Positions 39,723 to 51,238 of a DNA stretch of 64,000 nucleotides are shown one piece after another; position 1 is the stretch's first letter; every line of letters begins with the position of its first letter. The position numbers and the translations under genes are program-made. This DNA is from Escherichia coli O157:H7 (GTDB taxonomy: Bacteria > Pseudomonadota > Gammaproteobacteria > Enterobacterales > Enterobacteriaceae). The notes below the pieces were generated by a model. It did not search any database and was not told the origin of the DNA. It saw only the letters and a program-made list of their open reading frames with translations. The DNA lies in assembly GCF_013167455.1 (NCBI RefSeq), contig NZ_CP038328.1. One strand, given 5' to 3'.

Positions 39723-39731
39723 GGATGTGAG

Positions 39732-40757
39732 ATGAAAGCGTTATCCAAACTGAAAGCGGAAGAGGGCATCTGGATGACCGACGTTCCTGTACCGGAACTC
39801 GGGCATAACGATCTGCTGATTAAAATCCGTAAAACAGCCATCTGCGGGACTGACGTTCACATCTATAACTGGGATGAGTGGTCGCAAAAAACCATCCCGG
39901 TGCCGATGGTCGTAGGCCATGAATATGTCGGTGAAGTGGTAGGTATTGGTCAGGAAGTGAAAGGCTTCAAAATCGGCGATCGCGTTTCTGGCGAAGGCCA
40001 TATCACCTGCGGTCACTGTCGCAACTGTCGTGGCGGTCGTACCCATCTGTGCCGCAACACCATTGGTGTCGGTGTTAACCGTCCGGGCTGCTTCGCCGAA
40101 TATCTGGTGATTCCGGCGTTCAACGCTTTCAAAATCCCCGACAATATCTCCGACGACCTGGCTTCCATTTTTGATCCCTTCGGTAACGCCGTGCATACCG
40201 CGCTGTCGTTCGATCTGGTGGGCGAAGATGTGCTGGTTTCTGGTGCAGGTCCGATAGGTATTATGGCTGCGGCGGTGGCGAAACACGTTGGTGCACGCAA
40301 TGTGGTGATCACCGATGTTAACGAATACCGCCTTGAGCTGGCGCGCAAAATGGGTATCACCCGTGCGGTTAACGTCGCGAAAGAAAACCTTAATGATGTG
40401 ATGGCTGAACTGGGCATGACCGAAGGCTTTGATGTCGGTCTGGAAATGTCCGGCGCGCCGCCAGCGTTTCGTACCATGCTCGATACCATGAACCACGGCG
40501 GTCGTATTGCGATGCTGGGTATTCCACCGTCTGACATGTCTATCGACTGGACCAAAGTGATCTTTAAAGGCTTGTTCATTAAAGGCATTTACGGTCGTGA
40601 GATGTTTGAAACCTGGTACAAGATGGCGGCGCTGATTCAGTCTGGCCTCGATCTCTCGCCGATCATTACCCATCGTTTCTCTATCGATGATTTCCAGAAG
40701 GGCTTTGACGCTATGTGTTCGGGCCAGTCCGGGAAAGTTATTCTGAGCTGGGATTAA
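39732..40757 (+). CDS. tdh: L-threonine 3-dehydrogenase
   Basis: [50 protein letters not shown]..., 341 aa. Confidence 0.96.
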   Translation: MKALSKLKAEEGIWMTDVPVPELGHNDLLIKIRKTAICGTDVHIYNWDEWSQKTIPVPMVVGHEYVGEVVGIGQEVKGFKIGDRVSGEGHITCGHCRNCRGGRTHLCRNTIGVGVNRPGCFAEYLVIPAFNAFKIPDNISDDLASIFDPFGNAVHTALSFDLVGEDVLVSGAGPIGIMAAAVAKHVGARNVVITDVNEYRLELARKMGITRAVNVAKENLNDVMAELGMTEGFDVGLEMSGAPPAFRTMLDTMNHGGRIAMLGIPPSDMSIDWTKVIFKGLFIKGIYGREMFETWYKMAALIQSGLDLSPIITHRFSIDDFQKGFDAMCSGQSGKVILSWD

Positions 40758-40763
40758 CACGAA

Positions 40764-40789
40764 AAAGGGCTGGTATTCCAGCCCTTTTG
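40764..40789 (+). terminator. kbl-tdh operon terminator
   Basis: aaagggctgg-tatt-ccagcccttt hairpin. Confidence 0.65.
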
Positions 40790-40995
40790 CCTGAGGATAA
40801 TCTGTTAAATATGTAAAATCCTGTCAGTGTAATAAAGAGTTCGTAATTGCGCTGATCTTTTATATAGCTGTTCTCATTATCTCTCTACCCTGAAGTGACT
40901 CTCTCACCTGTAAAAATAATATCTCACAGGCTTAATAGTTTCTTAATACAAAGCCTGTAAAACGTCAGGATAACTTCAGAGGTCGTCGGTAATTT

Positions 40996-42012
40996 ATGAT
41001 GAACAGCACCAATAAACTTAGTGTTATTATTCCGTTATATAATGCGGGCGATGATTTCCGCACTTGTATGGAATCTTTAATTACGCAAACCTGGACTGCT
41101 CTGGAAATCATTATTATTAACGATGGTTCAACGGATAATTCTGTTGAAATAGCAAAGCATTACGCAGAAAACTATCCGCACGTTCGTTTGTTGCATCAGG
41201 CGAATGCTGGCGCATCGGTAGCGCGTAATCGTGGGATCGAGGTGGCGACGGGCAAATATGTCGCTTTTGTCGATGCTGACGATGAGGTCTATCCCACCAT
41301 GTACGAAACGCTGATGACCATGGCGTTAGAGGACGACCTCGACGTGGCGCAGTGCAACGCTGACTGGTCTTTTCGTGAAACGGGAGAAACCTGGCAATCC
41401 ATCCCCAGCGATCGCCTTCGCTCAACCGGTGTATTAACCGGCCCGGACTGGCTGCGGATGGGGCTTTCTTCGCGCCGTTGGACTCACGTTGTCTGGATGG
41501 GGGTTTATCGCCGTGATGTTATTGTTAAAAATAACATTAAATTTATTGCCGGATTACATCATCAGGATATTGTCTGGACAACAGAATTCATGTTTAACGC
41601 GCTGCGTGCGCGATATACCGAGCAATCATTATATAAATATTATCTGCATAATACGTCAGTGAGTCGGTTGCATAGACAAGGGAATAAAAACCTTAATTAT
41701 CAACGTCACTATATTAAGATTACCCGCCTGCTGGAGAAATTAAATCGAAATTATGCCGACAAAATTATGATTTATCCGGAATTTCATCAGCAAATAACTT
41801 ACGAAGCATTGCGTGTTTGCCATGCGGTGCGCAAAGAGCCGGATATTCTTACCCGCCAACGGATGATTGCCGAGATATTTACTTCCGGTATGTATAAGCG
41901 CCTGATTACCAATGTGCGCAGCGTGAAGGTCGGTTACCAGGCGTTACTGTGGTCTTTCCGCTTATGGCAATGGCGCGAAAAAAACGCGGTCGCACCATCG
42001 CATTACGCGTAG
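40996..42012 (+). CDS. waaH: GT2-family glucuronic acid transferase WaaH (YibD)
   Basis: MMNSTNKLSVIIPLYNAGDDFRTCMESLITQTWTALEIIIINDGSTDNS..., 338 aa. Confidence 0.9.
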   Translation: MMNSTNKLSVIIPLYNAGDDFRTCMESLITQTWTALEIIIINDGSTDNSVEIAKHYAENYPHVRLLHQANAGASVARNRGIEVATGKYVAFVDADDEVYPTMYETLMTMALEDDLDVAQCNADWSFRETGETWQSIPSDRLRSTGVLTGPDWLRMGLSSRRWTHVVWMGVYRRDVIVKNNIKFIAGLHHQDIVWTTEFMFNALRARYTEQSLYKYYLHNTSVSRLHRQGNKNLNYQRHYIKITRLLEKLNRNYADKIMIYPEFHQQITYEALRVCHAVRKEPDILTRQRMIAEIFTSGMYKRLITNVRSVKVGYQALLWSFRLWQWREKNAVAPSHYA

Positions 42013-42017
42013 CGCCT

Positions 42018-42977
42018 TTAATTTGCGCTAGCGTTAAACTTCGCCGCTTCGGGCTGTTTGCCCCAGCCTTGCCACTGATGCTGGAAGTAAACGATCAGCG
42101 TGCTCTGGCTGATGCTTTCGCTTAATACTTCAAAGAAGCGATTAGCATAAACAGGTTCTATCGGTTTCTTCGGTTTGCACAGCTTCACGCCACGGAACGG
42201 ATTACGCGGTGCATCAGGCACAGCGTTTTTCGGCGGTGTAGAAGTATCAACCTGCGGTTCATTCAGCAAGCTGCTGGCTTTCACCAGCGTAATGTCTGGC
42301 GGCAGGTTATAAACCATCTGTTGTAGCACGCGTACCGTTGAAGGGTGAGGATGCCCAATGGCAATGGTTGAACCGTTGCGACGCGCCAGATCAATTGCGC
42401 GATTAAATTGCACACGGATGTCCGCTTCGTTCTGCGAATCGTCGAGGAACACCTTCCGTTTGATCACCTTCACGCCAGTACCTTGCGCGGCGCGCATCGC
42501 CTGGGTATTACCGATGGTTACGCTGTCGAGGAAGTAAAGATTGTAACGCTCCAGTGCCTGCATCACTTTCTGCATACCAAACAGGTTAGAGGTCATCTTG
42601 CTACCCATGTGGTTGTTGATCCCCACGGCATAGGGCACGTTATTGACCGCACTACGAATAATGCGCTCAATTTCGTCGCTGCTCATCTCCGGGCGCAGCG
42701 TATTTTTCTCCAGCGGCTGTTTACTCAGTGGTGCCATCGGGAGATGAATCAACACTTCGTGCCCGCTGTTATGCGCTTTGGTCGCCATCTCTCTGGCGTG
42801 CGGTGAATCGGGTAATACAGCGACGGAGATAGCGGAGGGCATCGCCAGCACCTGGTTTTCGTTGTGCGGGCGATACCCAAAATCATCAATGACGATGGCA
42901 AGTTTGCCAGCAAGTACGGGGGAGGAGAGCGCCAACAGAGCGGCAAATGCAAGAACGTTACGACGAAATGGAAACAA
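42018..42977 (-). CDS. yibQ: divergent polysaccharide deacetylase family protein YibQ
   Basis: 319-aa product with a signal peptide; synteny downstream of envC. Confidence 0.9.
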   Translation of the reverse strand: MFPFRRNVLAFAALLALSSPVLAGKLAIVIDDFGYRPHNENQVLAMPSAISVAVLPDSPHAREMATKAHNSGHEVLIHLPMAPLSKQPLEKNTLRPEMSSDEIERIIRSAVNNVPYAVGINNHMGSKMTSNLFGMQKVMQALERYNLYFLDSVTIGNTQAMRAAQGTGVKVIKRKVFLDDSQNEADIRVQFNRAIDLARRNGSTIAIGHPHPSTVRVLQQMVYNLPPDITLVKASSLLNEPQVDTSTPPKNAVPDAPRNPFRGVKLCKPKKPIEPVYANRFFEVLSESISQSTLIVYFQHQWQGWGKQPEAAKFNASAN

Positions 42978-42980
42978 AAC

Positions 42981-44240
42981 TTATCTTCCCAACCACGGCT
43001 GTGGATTGACCGCCTGACCTTGGCGGCGAATTTCGAAATAGAGTGAAGGCCGACCCTGACCGCCACTGCTGCCCACCAGTGCAATTGGCTGGCCCGCGCG
43101 AACCTGCGAACCAACGCTCACCAGTGCGCTCTGATTATAGCCGTAAAGACTCATGTCGCCTTTACCGTGCTCAACCACCACCACCAGACCGTAACCTTGC
43201 AGCCAGTCAGCCAGAATCACCCGACCATCGGCAATCGCTTTAACTTCAGTACCTTCAGAGGCACCGATAACCATTCCTTTCCAGCGTAGTTCGCCCTGTA
43301 GCTGTTCACCATAGCGATGCAGCGTCGGCCCGCGAACCGGCCAGAATGCCTGACCACGCGGCGCCCCCAGGCCACCAGTTCGGGACATCAGCGATTTTTC
43401 GCTTTCGGTCGGTTTGTAGGTGGTGCCTTTGCGCGTCGCTTCTTTCTGGCGGTCGCGAACCGCCTGGGCCTCACGTGCTTCTCGTTCTGCACGCGCTTTC
43501 GCCGCGGCTTCCGCACGGGCAATGCTGTTACGCAGACGGGATTCGTTGGCGCGCAGCTCGCTCAACTGTTGCTGACCTTGCTGGATGGAAGACTCCAGCC
43601 CTGCCAGCGTCTTTTTACGCTCGTTCAGCGCCTGAGTCAGTTTCGCCTGTTGGGCGCGCTGCTCATATAACAGCGTTTGTTGCTCGCTCTGTTTCTCTTC
43701 CAGTTCAGCACGCTGCATGGCGACTTCTTCACGCGTTTGCTTCAACTGGGCAATGGTTTCTTGTCGCGCCTGGTTGAGATAGCCGAAATAAGCCTGTAAA
43801 CGCTGTCCACGCTGGCTTTCTTCACCGCTGAGAATCAGCTGAATACCGGTATGCTCGCCCTGACGGAATGCGGCATCCAGTTGTGCGGCGAGGCTGCGCT
43901 CCTGGGCGGCTTTTTGCTGCTCCAGTTTGGCAATCGACGCGTTCATCTCATCAATCTGTTTATTGAGTTGATTGAGCGTGTTTTGCGTTTCGCGCAGCTT
44001 ACGGGTGGCTTCAGAGATCGCTTCTTCCTGCTTTTTCAATTGTGCGAGCAGGCTTGCGCGTTGTTGTTGCTTTTGGCGTACCGCGCGCTCTTTTGCGGCG
44101 ATATCGGCCTGAATAGATTTGAGTTGGTCACGCTCATCCGCGTGGGCGGAAAAGGCGCACAACAATACGCCAGCGCTAAGAACGCTGGCGTAGATGATGG
44201 GCCTGATTGCAAACCTGCGCGGTTTCACGGCCCGTGTCAT
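42981..44240 (-). CDS. envC: murein hydrolase activator EnvC
   Basis: MTRAVKPRRFAIRPIIYASVLSAGVLLCAFSAHADERDQLKSIQ... with coiled coil and a C-terminal LytM domain, 419 aa. Confidence 0.95.
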   Translation of the reverse strand: MTRAVKPRRFAIRPIIYASVLSAGVLLCAFSAHADERDQLKSIQADIAAKERAVRQKQQQRASLLAQLKKQEEAISEATRKLRETQNTLNQLNKQIDEMNASIAKLEQQKAAQERSLAAQLDAAFRQGEHTGIQLILSGEESQRGQRLQAYFGYLNQARQETIAQLKQTREEVAMQRAELEEKQSEQQTLLYEQRAQQAKLTQALNERKKTLAGLESSIQQGQQQLSELRANESRLRNSIARAEAAAKARAEREAREAQAVRDRQKEATRKGTTYKPTESEKSLMSRTGGLGAPRGQAFWPVRGPTLHRYGEQLQGELRWKGMVIGASEGTEVKAIADGRVILADWLQGYGLVVVVEHGKGDMSLYGYNQSALVSVGSQVRAGQPIALVGSSGGQGRPSLYFEIRRQGQAVNPQPWLGR

Positions 44241-44273
44241 GGTATTAATCGCCTTTCCCCTCATGGGGAGGGA

Positions 44274-45818
44274 TTATTCCACGATGAACAGCGGCTTACC
44301 AGTCATCTCTTGCGGGATTTCCATACCCATCAGCGACAACATGGTCGGCGCGATGTCAGAAAGTTTGCCGCCTGCAACCGCTTTCACGTTCTTATCACCA
44401 ACGTAAATCAGCGGAACTGGCAGGTTGGTGTGTGCCGTGTGTGCCTGACCCGTTGCCGGATCGCGCATCTGTTCAGCGTTACCGTGGTCAGCGGTGATCA
44501 GCAGTTGTCCACCCACGGACTCAACCGCTTTCGCGACTTCTTCCACGCAGTGATCCAGTGCTTCAACCGCTTTAACCGCCGCTTCCATCACCCCGGTGTG
44601 ACCTACCATGTCGCCGTTCGGATAGTTACAGATAATGGTGTCGTATTTGCCGCTCTTGATGGCCGCAACCAGTTTTTCGGTCAGCTCTGCGGAGCTCATT
44701 TCCGGTTGCAGATCGTAGGTAGCCACTTTCGGTGAGTTGATCAGAATGCGATCTTCGCCTTTGAACGACTCTTCTACGCCACCGTTGAAGAAGAAAGTAA
44801 CGTGGGCATATTTTTCGGTTTCGGAAATACGCAACTGAGTTTTGTCGTTTTTCGCCATCCACTCGCCGAAGGTGTTAACCAGGGAAGCGGGTGGGTAAGC
44901 AACCGCAGTTTTGATGTCAGCGGCGTATTCGGTCAGCATCACGAAATCGACGTTAACCACTTTCTTACGCGCGAAGCCGTCGAAATCTGCGTTTACGAAT
45001 GCACGAGTGATTTCGCGCGCGCGGTCAGCACGGAAGTTCATGAAAATCAGCGCATCGCCGTCTTCCATTGCCGCATCTGGCTGACCTTCTGCACGAATAA
45101 CGGTCGCTTTCACGAACTCGTCGTTTTCGTCGCGAGCATAAGCTGCCTGCAAACCAGCAACGGCAGTATCGGCCTGGAACTCACCCTGCGCCAGAGTCAG
45201 CAGGTCATAGGCTTTTTCAACGCGATCCCAACGGTTATCGCGGTCCATCGCGTAGTAACGACCAATGATGGACGCTACGCGGCCTTTACCCAGCGCAGCA
45301 AATTTCTCTTCAAATTTTTTCAGCGAGGATTCAGCACTGCGCGGCGGGGTGTCGCGACCGTCAAGGAATGCGTGCAGGTAGATTTTTTCTGCGCCGCGTT
45401 CAGCTGCCAGTTCTACCATCGCCATGATGTGATCTTCGTGGCTGTGTACGCCGCCTGCGGAGAGCAGACCCATAATGTGTACTGCTTTACCTGCGTTTTT
45501 CGCTTTATCTACCGCGCCAGTCAGCACTGGATTAGCAAAGAAAGCGCGATCTTTGATTTCAACGTCCAGACGAGTCAGGTCCTGATACACGATGCGGCCG
45601 GCACCCAGGTTAACGTGGCCTACTTCGGAGTTACCCATCTGACGGTCAGGCAGACCGACTTCCAGACCGGAAGCGTCGATCAGGGTATGCGGACGATTGG
45701 CCCACAGTGCATCCATTACCGGGGTTTTAGCACTAAAAATGGCGTTATCCTGCTGTTCTTCACGATAGCCATAGCCATCCAGAATCACCAGTACCATAGG
45801 TTTTTTAGAAACCGACAT
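44274..45818 (-). CDS. gpmM: 2,3-bisphosphoglycerate-independent phosphoglycerate mutase
   Basis: [51 protein letters not shown]..., 514 aa from ATG 45816-45818. Confidence 0.96.
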
Positions 45819-46061
45819 TGCGACAACCTCATACTCAAGAGTCAAAATTTGCGTAATTTTACTACAGCTGAATCGATAAAATAGCCTCTGAAGATCAAAA
45901 TATACGACCGCTCGCGGCAAGCCGATGCCAGATTTGCGCTTTTTTTCGTCGTGCCCCGCAAAATTGCATTCCAGTTAACGCGCTGGCTGTATTTGCCGCA
46001 CCGCGCAGGTATACTCCTTTCCTGGTTTTTTTAATCACTACGTCGGGAGTTGTTACCCCCC

Positions 46062-46493
46062 ATGCAAGAAATTATGCAATTTGTTGGCCGTCATCCCATA
46101 CTGAGTATCGCCTGGATCGCGTTACTGGTGGCGGTTCTTGTGACTACGTTTAAGAGCCTGACCTCGAAAGTGAAGGTGATTACTCGTGGTGAAGCTACGC
46201 GTCTGATCAACAAAGAAGACGCTGTGGTTGTGGATTTACGTCAGCGTGATGACTTCCGTAAAGGCCATATCGCAGGTTCTATCAATCTGTTGCCGAGCGA
46301 AATCAAAGCCAACAATGTTGGTGAGCTTGAGAAGCACAAAGACAAACCGGTTATCGTGGTAGACGGTTCTGGCATGCAGTGCCAGGAGCCTGCAAACGCA
46401 CTGACGAAAGCTGGTTTTGCGCAAGTATTCGTGCTGAAAGAAGGCGTCGCTGGCTGGGCTGGCGAAAACTTGCCTTTGGTGCGCGGCAAATAA
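46062..46493 (+). CDS. yibN: rhodanese-domain inner-membrane protein YibN
   Basis: [51 protein letters not shown]..., 143 aa. Confidence 0.93.
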
Positions 46494-46634
46494 TTTACCT
46501 GTCGTCTTTCATGATGCAGGCCGTTAGCTGCAATTAGGCCCCCAGCGACTTATTGTTATAAGCTTCTGGGGACACTCCATTTTGCAGCCGCCCTGCAACA
46601 TGAAATTTCAGGGTAAAAAAACAGGAGCTAAATT

Positions 46635-46886
46635 ATGGCCAATGTTGAAATCTATACCAAAGAAACCTGCCCGTATTGCCATCGTGCAAAAGCACTGCTG
46701 AGCAGCAAGGGCGTGAGTTTTCAGGAGTTGCCGATCGATGGCAATGCCGCCAAGCGTGAAGAGATGATCAAACGCAGCGGTCGCACCACGGTTCCCCAGA
46801 TTTTTATTGACGCACAGCACATTGGCGGCTGTGATGACTTGTATGCATTGGATGCACGTGGTGGACTGGATCCCCTGCTGAAATAA
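46635..46886 (+). CDS. grxC: glutaredoxin 3
   Basis: [58 protein letters not shown]... Confidence 0.96.
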
Positions 46887-46948
46887 CGTGTGAACGTTGG
46901 CATTACATTGCGCAGTATTTAAGGACAACACTTAAGGGTTTTCTACAC

Positions 46949-47416
46949 ATGTCAGAACAAAACAACACTGAAATGACTTTCCAGATCCAACGTATTTATA
47001 CCAAGGATATCTCTTTCGAAGCGCCGAACGCGCCGCACGTTTTCCAGAAAGATTGGCAACCAGAAGTTAAACTTGATCTGGATACGGCATCTTCCCAACT
47101 GGCAGATGACGTATACGAAGTGGTACTGCGTGTTACCGTAACGGCCTCCCTGGGCGAAGAAACCGCGTTCCTGTGTGAAGTTCAGCAGGGCGGTATTTTC
47201 TCCATCGCGGGTATCGAAGGCACCCAGATGGCACATTGCCTGGGCGCATACTGCCCGAACATTCTGTTCCCGTATGCTCGTGAGTGCATCACCAGCATGG
47301 TATCCCGCGGTACATTCCCGCAACTGAACCTTGCGCCGGTTAACTTCGATGCGCTGTTCATGAACTATTTGCAGCAGCAGGCTGGCGAAGGTACTGAAGA
47401 ACATCAGGATGCCTGA
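46949..47416 (+). CDS. secB: protein-export chaperone SecB
   Basis: [58 protein letters not shown]... Confidence 0.97.
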
Positions 47417-48435
47417 TGAACCAACGTAATGCTTCAATGACTGTGATCGGTGCCGGCTCGTACGGCACCGCTCTTGCCATCACCCTGGCAAGAAATGGCC
47501 ACGAGGTTGTCCTCTGGGGCCATGACCCTGAACATATCGCAACGCTTGAACGCGACCGCTGTAACGCCGCGTTTCTCCCCGATGTGCCTTTTCCCGATAC
47601 GCTCCATCTTGAAAGCGATCTCGCCACTGCGCTGGCAGCCAGCCGTAATATTCTCGTCGTCGTACCCAGCCATGTCTTTGGTGAAGTGCTGCGCCAGATT
47701 AAACCGCTGATGCGTCCTGATGCGCGTCTGGTGTGGGCGACCAAAGGGCTGGAAGCGGAAACCGGACGTCTGTTACAGGACGTGGCGCGTGAGGCCTTAG
47801 GCGATCAAATTCCGCTGGCGGTTATCTCTGGCCCAACGTTTGCGAAAGAACTGGCGGCAGGTTTACCGACAGCTATTTCGCTGGCCTCGACCGATCAGAC
47901 CTTTGCCGATGATCTCCAGCAGCTGCTGCACTGCGGCAAAAGTTTCCGCGTTTACAGCAATCCGGATTTCATTGGCGTGCAGCTTGGCGGTGCGGTGAAA
48001 AACGTCATTGCCATTGGCGCGGGGATGTCCGACGGTATCGGTTTTGGTGCGAATGCGCGTACGGCACTGATCACCCGTGGGCTGGCTGAAATGTCGCGTC
48101 TTGGCGCGGCGCTGGGTGCCGATCCTGCCACCTTTATGGGCATGGCGGGGCTGGGCGATCTTGTGCTTACTTGTACCGACAACCAGTCGCGTAACCGCCG
48201 TTTTGGCATGATGCTCGGTCAGGGCATGGATGTACAAAGCGCGCAGGAGAAGATTGGTCAGGTGGTGGAAGGCTACCGCAATACGAAAGAAGTCCGCGAA
48301 CTGGCGCATCGCTTCGGCGTAGAAATGCCAATAACCGAGGAAATTTATCAAGTATTATATTGCGGAAAAAACGCGCGCGAGGCAGCATTGACGTTATTAG
48401 GTCGTGCACGCAAGGACGAGCGCAGCAGCCACTAA
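47416..48435 (+). CDS. gpsA: NAD(P)H-dependent glycerol-3-phosphate dehydrogenase
   Basis: [50 protein letters not shown]..., 339 aa. Confidence 0.96.
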   Translation: MNQRNASMTVIGAGSYGTALAITLARNGHEVVLWGHDPEHIATLERDRCNAAFLPDVPFPDTLHLESDLATALAASRNILVVVPSHVFGEVLRQIKPLMRPDARLVWATKGLEAETGRLLQDVAREALGDQIPLAVISGPTFAKELAAGLPTAISLASTDQTFADDLQQLLHCGKSFRVYSNPDFIGVQLGGAVKNVIAIGAGMSDGIGFGANARTALITRGLAEMSRLGAALGADPATFMGMAGLGDLVLTCTDNQSRNRRFGMMLGQGMDVQSAQEKIGQVVEGYRNTKEVRELAHRFGVEMPITEEIYQVLYCGKNAREAALTLLGRARKDERSSH

Positions 48436-48514
48436 CCCCAGGGAACCTTTGTTACCGCTATGACCCGGCCCGCGCAGAACGGGCCGGTCATTATCTCATC
48501 GTGTGGAGTAAGCA

Positions 48515-49336
48515 ATGTCGTGTGAAGAACTGGAAATTGTCTGGAACAATATTAAAGCCGAAGCCAGAACGCTGGCGGACTGTGAGCCAATGCTGGCCAG
48601 TTTTTACCACGCGACGCTACTCAAGCACGAAAACCTTGGTAGTGCACTGAGCTACATGCTGGCGAACAAGCTGTCATCGCCAATTATGCCTGCTATTGCT
48701 ATCCGTGAAGTGGTGGAAGAAGCCTACGCCGCTGACCCGGAAATGATCGCCTCTGCGGCCTGTGATATTCAGGCGGTGCGTACCCGCGACCCGGCAGTCG
48801 ATAAATACTCAACCCCGTTGTTATACCTGAAGGGTTTTCATGCCTTGCAGGCCTATCGCATCGGTCACTGGTTGTGGAATCAGGGGCGTCGCGCATTGGC
48901 AATCTTTCTGCAAAACCAGGTTTCTGTGACGTTCCAGGTCGATATTCACCCGGCAGCAAAAATTGGCCGTGGCATTATGCTCGACCACGCCACGGGCATC
49001 GTTGTGGGTGAAACGGCGGTAATTGAAAACGACGTATCGATTCTGCAATCTGTGACGCTTGGCGGTACGGGTAAATCTGGTGGTGACCGTCACCCGAAAA
49101 TTCGTGAAGGTGTGATGATTGGCGCGGGCGCGAAAATCCTCGGCAATATTGAAGTTGGTCGCGGCGCGAAGATTGGCGCAGGTTCCGTGGTGCTGCAACC
49201 GGTGCCGCCGCATACAACCGCCGCTGGCGTTCCGGCTCGTATTGTCGGTAAACCAGACAGCGATAAGCCATCAATGGATATGGACCAGCATTTCAACGGT
49301 ATTAACCATACATTTGAGTATGGGGATGGGATCTAA
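48515..49336 (+). CDS. cysE: serine O-acetyltransferase
   Basis: MSCEELEIVWNNIKAEARTLADCEPMLASFYHATLLKHENLGSALSYMLANKL..., 273 aa. Confidence 0.96.
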   Translation: MSCEELEIVWNNIKAEARTLADCEPMLASFYHATLLKHENLGSALSYMLANKLSSPIMPAIAIREVVEEAYAADPEMIASAACDIQAVRTRDPAVDKYSTPLLYLKGFHALQAYRIGHWLWNQGRRALAIFLQNQVSVTFQVDIHPAAKIGRGIMLDHATGIVVGETAVIENDVSILQSVTLGGTGKSGGDRHPKIREGVMIGAGAKILGNIEVGRGAKIGAGSVVLQPVPPHTTAAGVPARIVGKPDSDKPSMDMDQHFNGINHTFEYGDGI

Positions 49337-49350
49337 TGTCCTGTGATCGT

Positions 49351-49379
49351 GCCGGATGCGATGTAATCATCTATCCGGC
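49351..49379. repeat. REP-like palindrome between cysE and trmL
   Basis: gccggatgcgatgtaatcatctatccggc. Confidence 0.55.
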
Positions 49380-49388
49380 ATACAGTAA

Positions 49389-49862
49389 CTAATCTCTCAA
49401 CAACGCTCCCGGATATCCCAGCTGCCGCCAGGCTTCATACACCACAACTGACACCGCATTGGACAGGTTCATGCTGCGGCTGTCCGGCACCATCGGAATG
49501 CGAATTTTTTGTTCAGCGGGCAGGGCATCAAGAATGCTCGCTGGCAGGCCGCGTGTTTCCGGGCCGAACATCAGATAATCGCCATCCTGATAGTTTACGG
49601 CGCTGTGAGCAGGCGTACCTTTCGTGGTGAGGGCAAACAGGCGCTGGGGATTTTCTGCTTCGAGGAACGCGCGAAAGTCATGATGACGCGTAACGGCGGT
49701 AAACTCGTGATAGTCCAGCCCCGCGCGGCGCAGGCGCTTATCGTCCCAGGCAAATCCCATCGGTTCGATGATATGCAGACGAAAGCCGGTATTAGCGCAA
49801 AGACGGATGATATTGCCAGTATTTGGCGGAATTTCTGGTTCGTAAAGTACGATGTTTAGCAT
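49389..49862 (-). CDS. trmL: tRNA (cytidine/uridine-2'-O)-methyltransferase TrmL
   Basis: [54 protein letters not shown]..., 157 aa. Confidence 0.95.
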   Translation of the reverse strand: MLNIVLYEPEIPPNTGNIIRLCANTGFRLHIIEPMGFAWDDKRLRRAGLDYHEFTAVTRHHDFRAFLEAENPQRLFALTTKGTPAHSAVNYQDGDYLMFGPETRGLPASILDALPAEQKIRIPMVPDSRSMNLSNAVSVVVYEAWRQLGYPGALLRD

Positions 49863-49920
49863 ACTGCCCCCTTAGTGCGGGGGCAGGATAGCAGAAAATT
49901 GGTGAGCAGTGCGGCCTTTT

Positions 49921-50038
49921 CCCCTCACCCCGGAGGGGCGAGGGAGAAAAAAAGAGTGCGGTGTCGTTTCAGAGTGAGGGAGTACATACAGCGCCGAACG
50001 GTCCCCACTCCCTGAGGGAGAGGGTTAGGGTGAGGGGG
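49921..50038. repeat. GC-rich imperfect palindromic intergenic repeats of the CCCTCACCC/GGGTGAGGG type
   Basis: cccctcaccccggaggggcgagggag at 49921-49946 and ccccactccctgagggagagggttagggtgaggggg at 50003-50038. A related element lies at 62700-62765. Confidence 0.5.
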
Positions 50039-50047
50039 CTCAAACGA

Positions 50048-51238
50048 CTATGCCGCATTCCCTTTCGCCATCGGAGCCAGTGCCGTAGGCAACTCTTTAC
50101 CCAGCCCCTGCACCAGCGAATCTTGCGTAATTTCACTGATCGATTTCGCGCCAGTCAGCGTCATTGCCACTTTCATCTCTTTCTCGATCAGATTTAGCAG
50201 GTTAGCTACACCCGCCTGGCCCGCTGTTGCCAGCGCATACAGGAAAGCACGACCCAGCAGTACGGTGTCGGCACCGAGCGCAATCATACGCACGACATCA
50301 AGCCCGTTACGAATTCCGCTATCCGCCAGAATGGCGATATCACCTTTCACCGCATCTGCAATAGCGGGCAACGCACGAGCGGAAGAGAGTACACCGTCCA
50401 GCTGGCGGCCACCGTGGTTAGAAACTACAATCCCATCAGCACCAAAACGTACTGCATCGCGCGCATCTTCCGGATCGAGGATCCCTTTGATCACCATCGG
50501 GCCATCCCAGAAATCGCGGATCCACTCAAGGTCTTTCCATGAGATGGACGGATCGAAGTTATTCCCCAGCCAGCCGATGTAATCTTCCAGTCCGGTCGGT
50601 TTGCCGAGGTAAGCCGAAATATTACCTAAATCATGCGGACGACCGTTCAGGCCCACATCCCACGCCCATTGCGGATGCGTCACCGCTTGCAAGTAGCGGC
50701 GCATTGCCGCATTTGGGCCGCTCATCCCAGAATGCGCATCACGATAACGCGCTCCCGGTGTCGGCATATCCACGGTGAAAACCAGCGTCGAACAACCCGC
50801 TGCTTTTGCTCGCTCCAGCGCGTTACGCATAAAGCCGCGATCGCGCAGTACATAAAGCTGGAACCACATTGGGCGCTTGATGGCTGGCGCGACTTCTTCA
50901 ATCGGGCAAACGGAAACCGTTGAGAGAGTAAACGGAATGCCATGCGCGTCCGCCGCTTTGGCTGCCTGAACTTCGCCACGACGCGCATACATGCCACACA
51001 AACCCACCGGTGCCAGTGCTACCGGCATCGACAATTTCTCATTAAACAGCGTCGTTTCCAGGCTTAAGTCAGACATGTTTTTCAGAATACGCTGGCGCAG
51101 TGCCACTTCTGACAAATCTTCCACGTTGCGGCGCAGCGTGTATTCAGAATATGCACCACCATCCATATAGTGGAACAGGAACGGCGGCAGAATGCGTTGC
51201 GCTGCGGCGCGATAATCGCTGGCTGCGGAAATAATCAT
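50048..51238 (-). CDS. lldD: L-lactate dehydrogenase (FMN-dependent)
   Basis: [54 protein letters not shown]..., 396 aa. Confidence 0.96.

Noticed and set aside
39741-40760. 339-aa minus-strand ORF
   Set aside because: It is exactly antisense to tdh, whose product is unmistakable. The composition is His/Arg/Thr-rich and non-protein-like. The same reasoning applies to 38550-39704 (antisense to kbl), 44802-45884 and 43851-44735 (antisense to gpmM and envC), 16475-17047 (antisense to yicC), 42408-42806 (antisense to yibQ), 62816-63337 (antisense to mtlA), and the many short ORFs antisense within ehaG.
40802-40827. Pho box upstream of waaH (a gene reported to be PhoB-regulated)
   Set aside because: ctgttaaatatgtaaaatcctgtcag contains CTGT(C/T)A-like half sites. 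However, the spacing and second repeat do not fit the 7+4+7 consensus cleanly, and I cannot support it without a matrix scan.
41970-42035. WaaH C-terminus (…WQWREKNAVAPSHYA) differs from the K-12 ending I recall, possibly from a 1-nt length change in the A7 run at 41976-41982
   Set aside because: The comparison rests on memory of the K-12 sequence, affects only the last ~15 residues and is likely ordinary allelic variation.
49864-49886. Hairpin ctgccccc/gggggcag overlapping the trmL ribosome-binding site as a novel regulatory element
   Set aside because: It lies in conserved core intergenic sequence that, as far as I can tell, is the same in K-12. There is nothing window-specific, and it may simply be part of the lldD-trmL intergenic repeat region.
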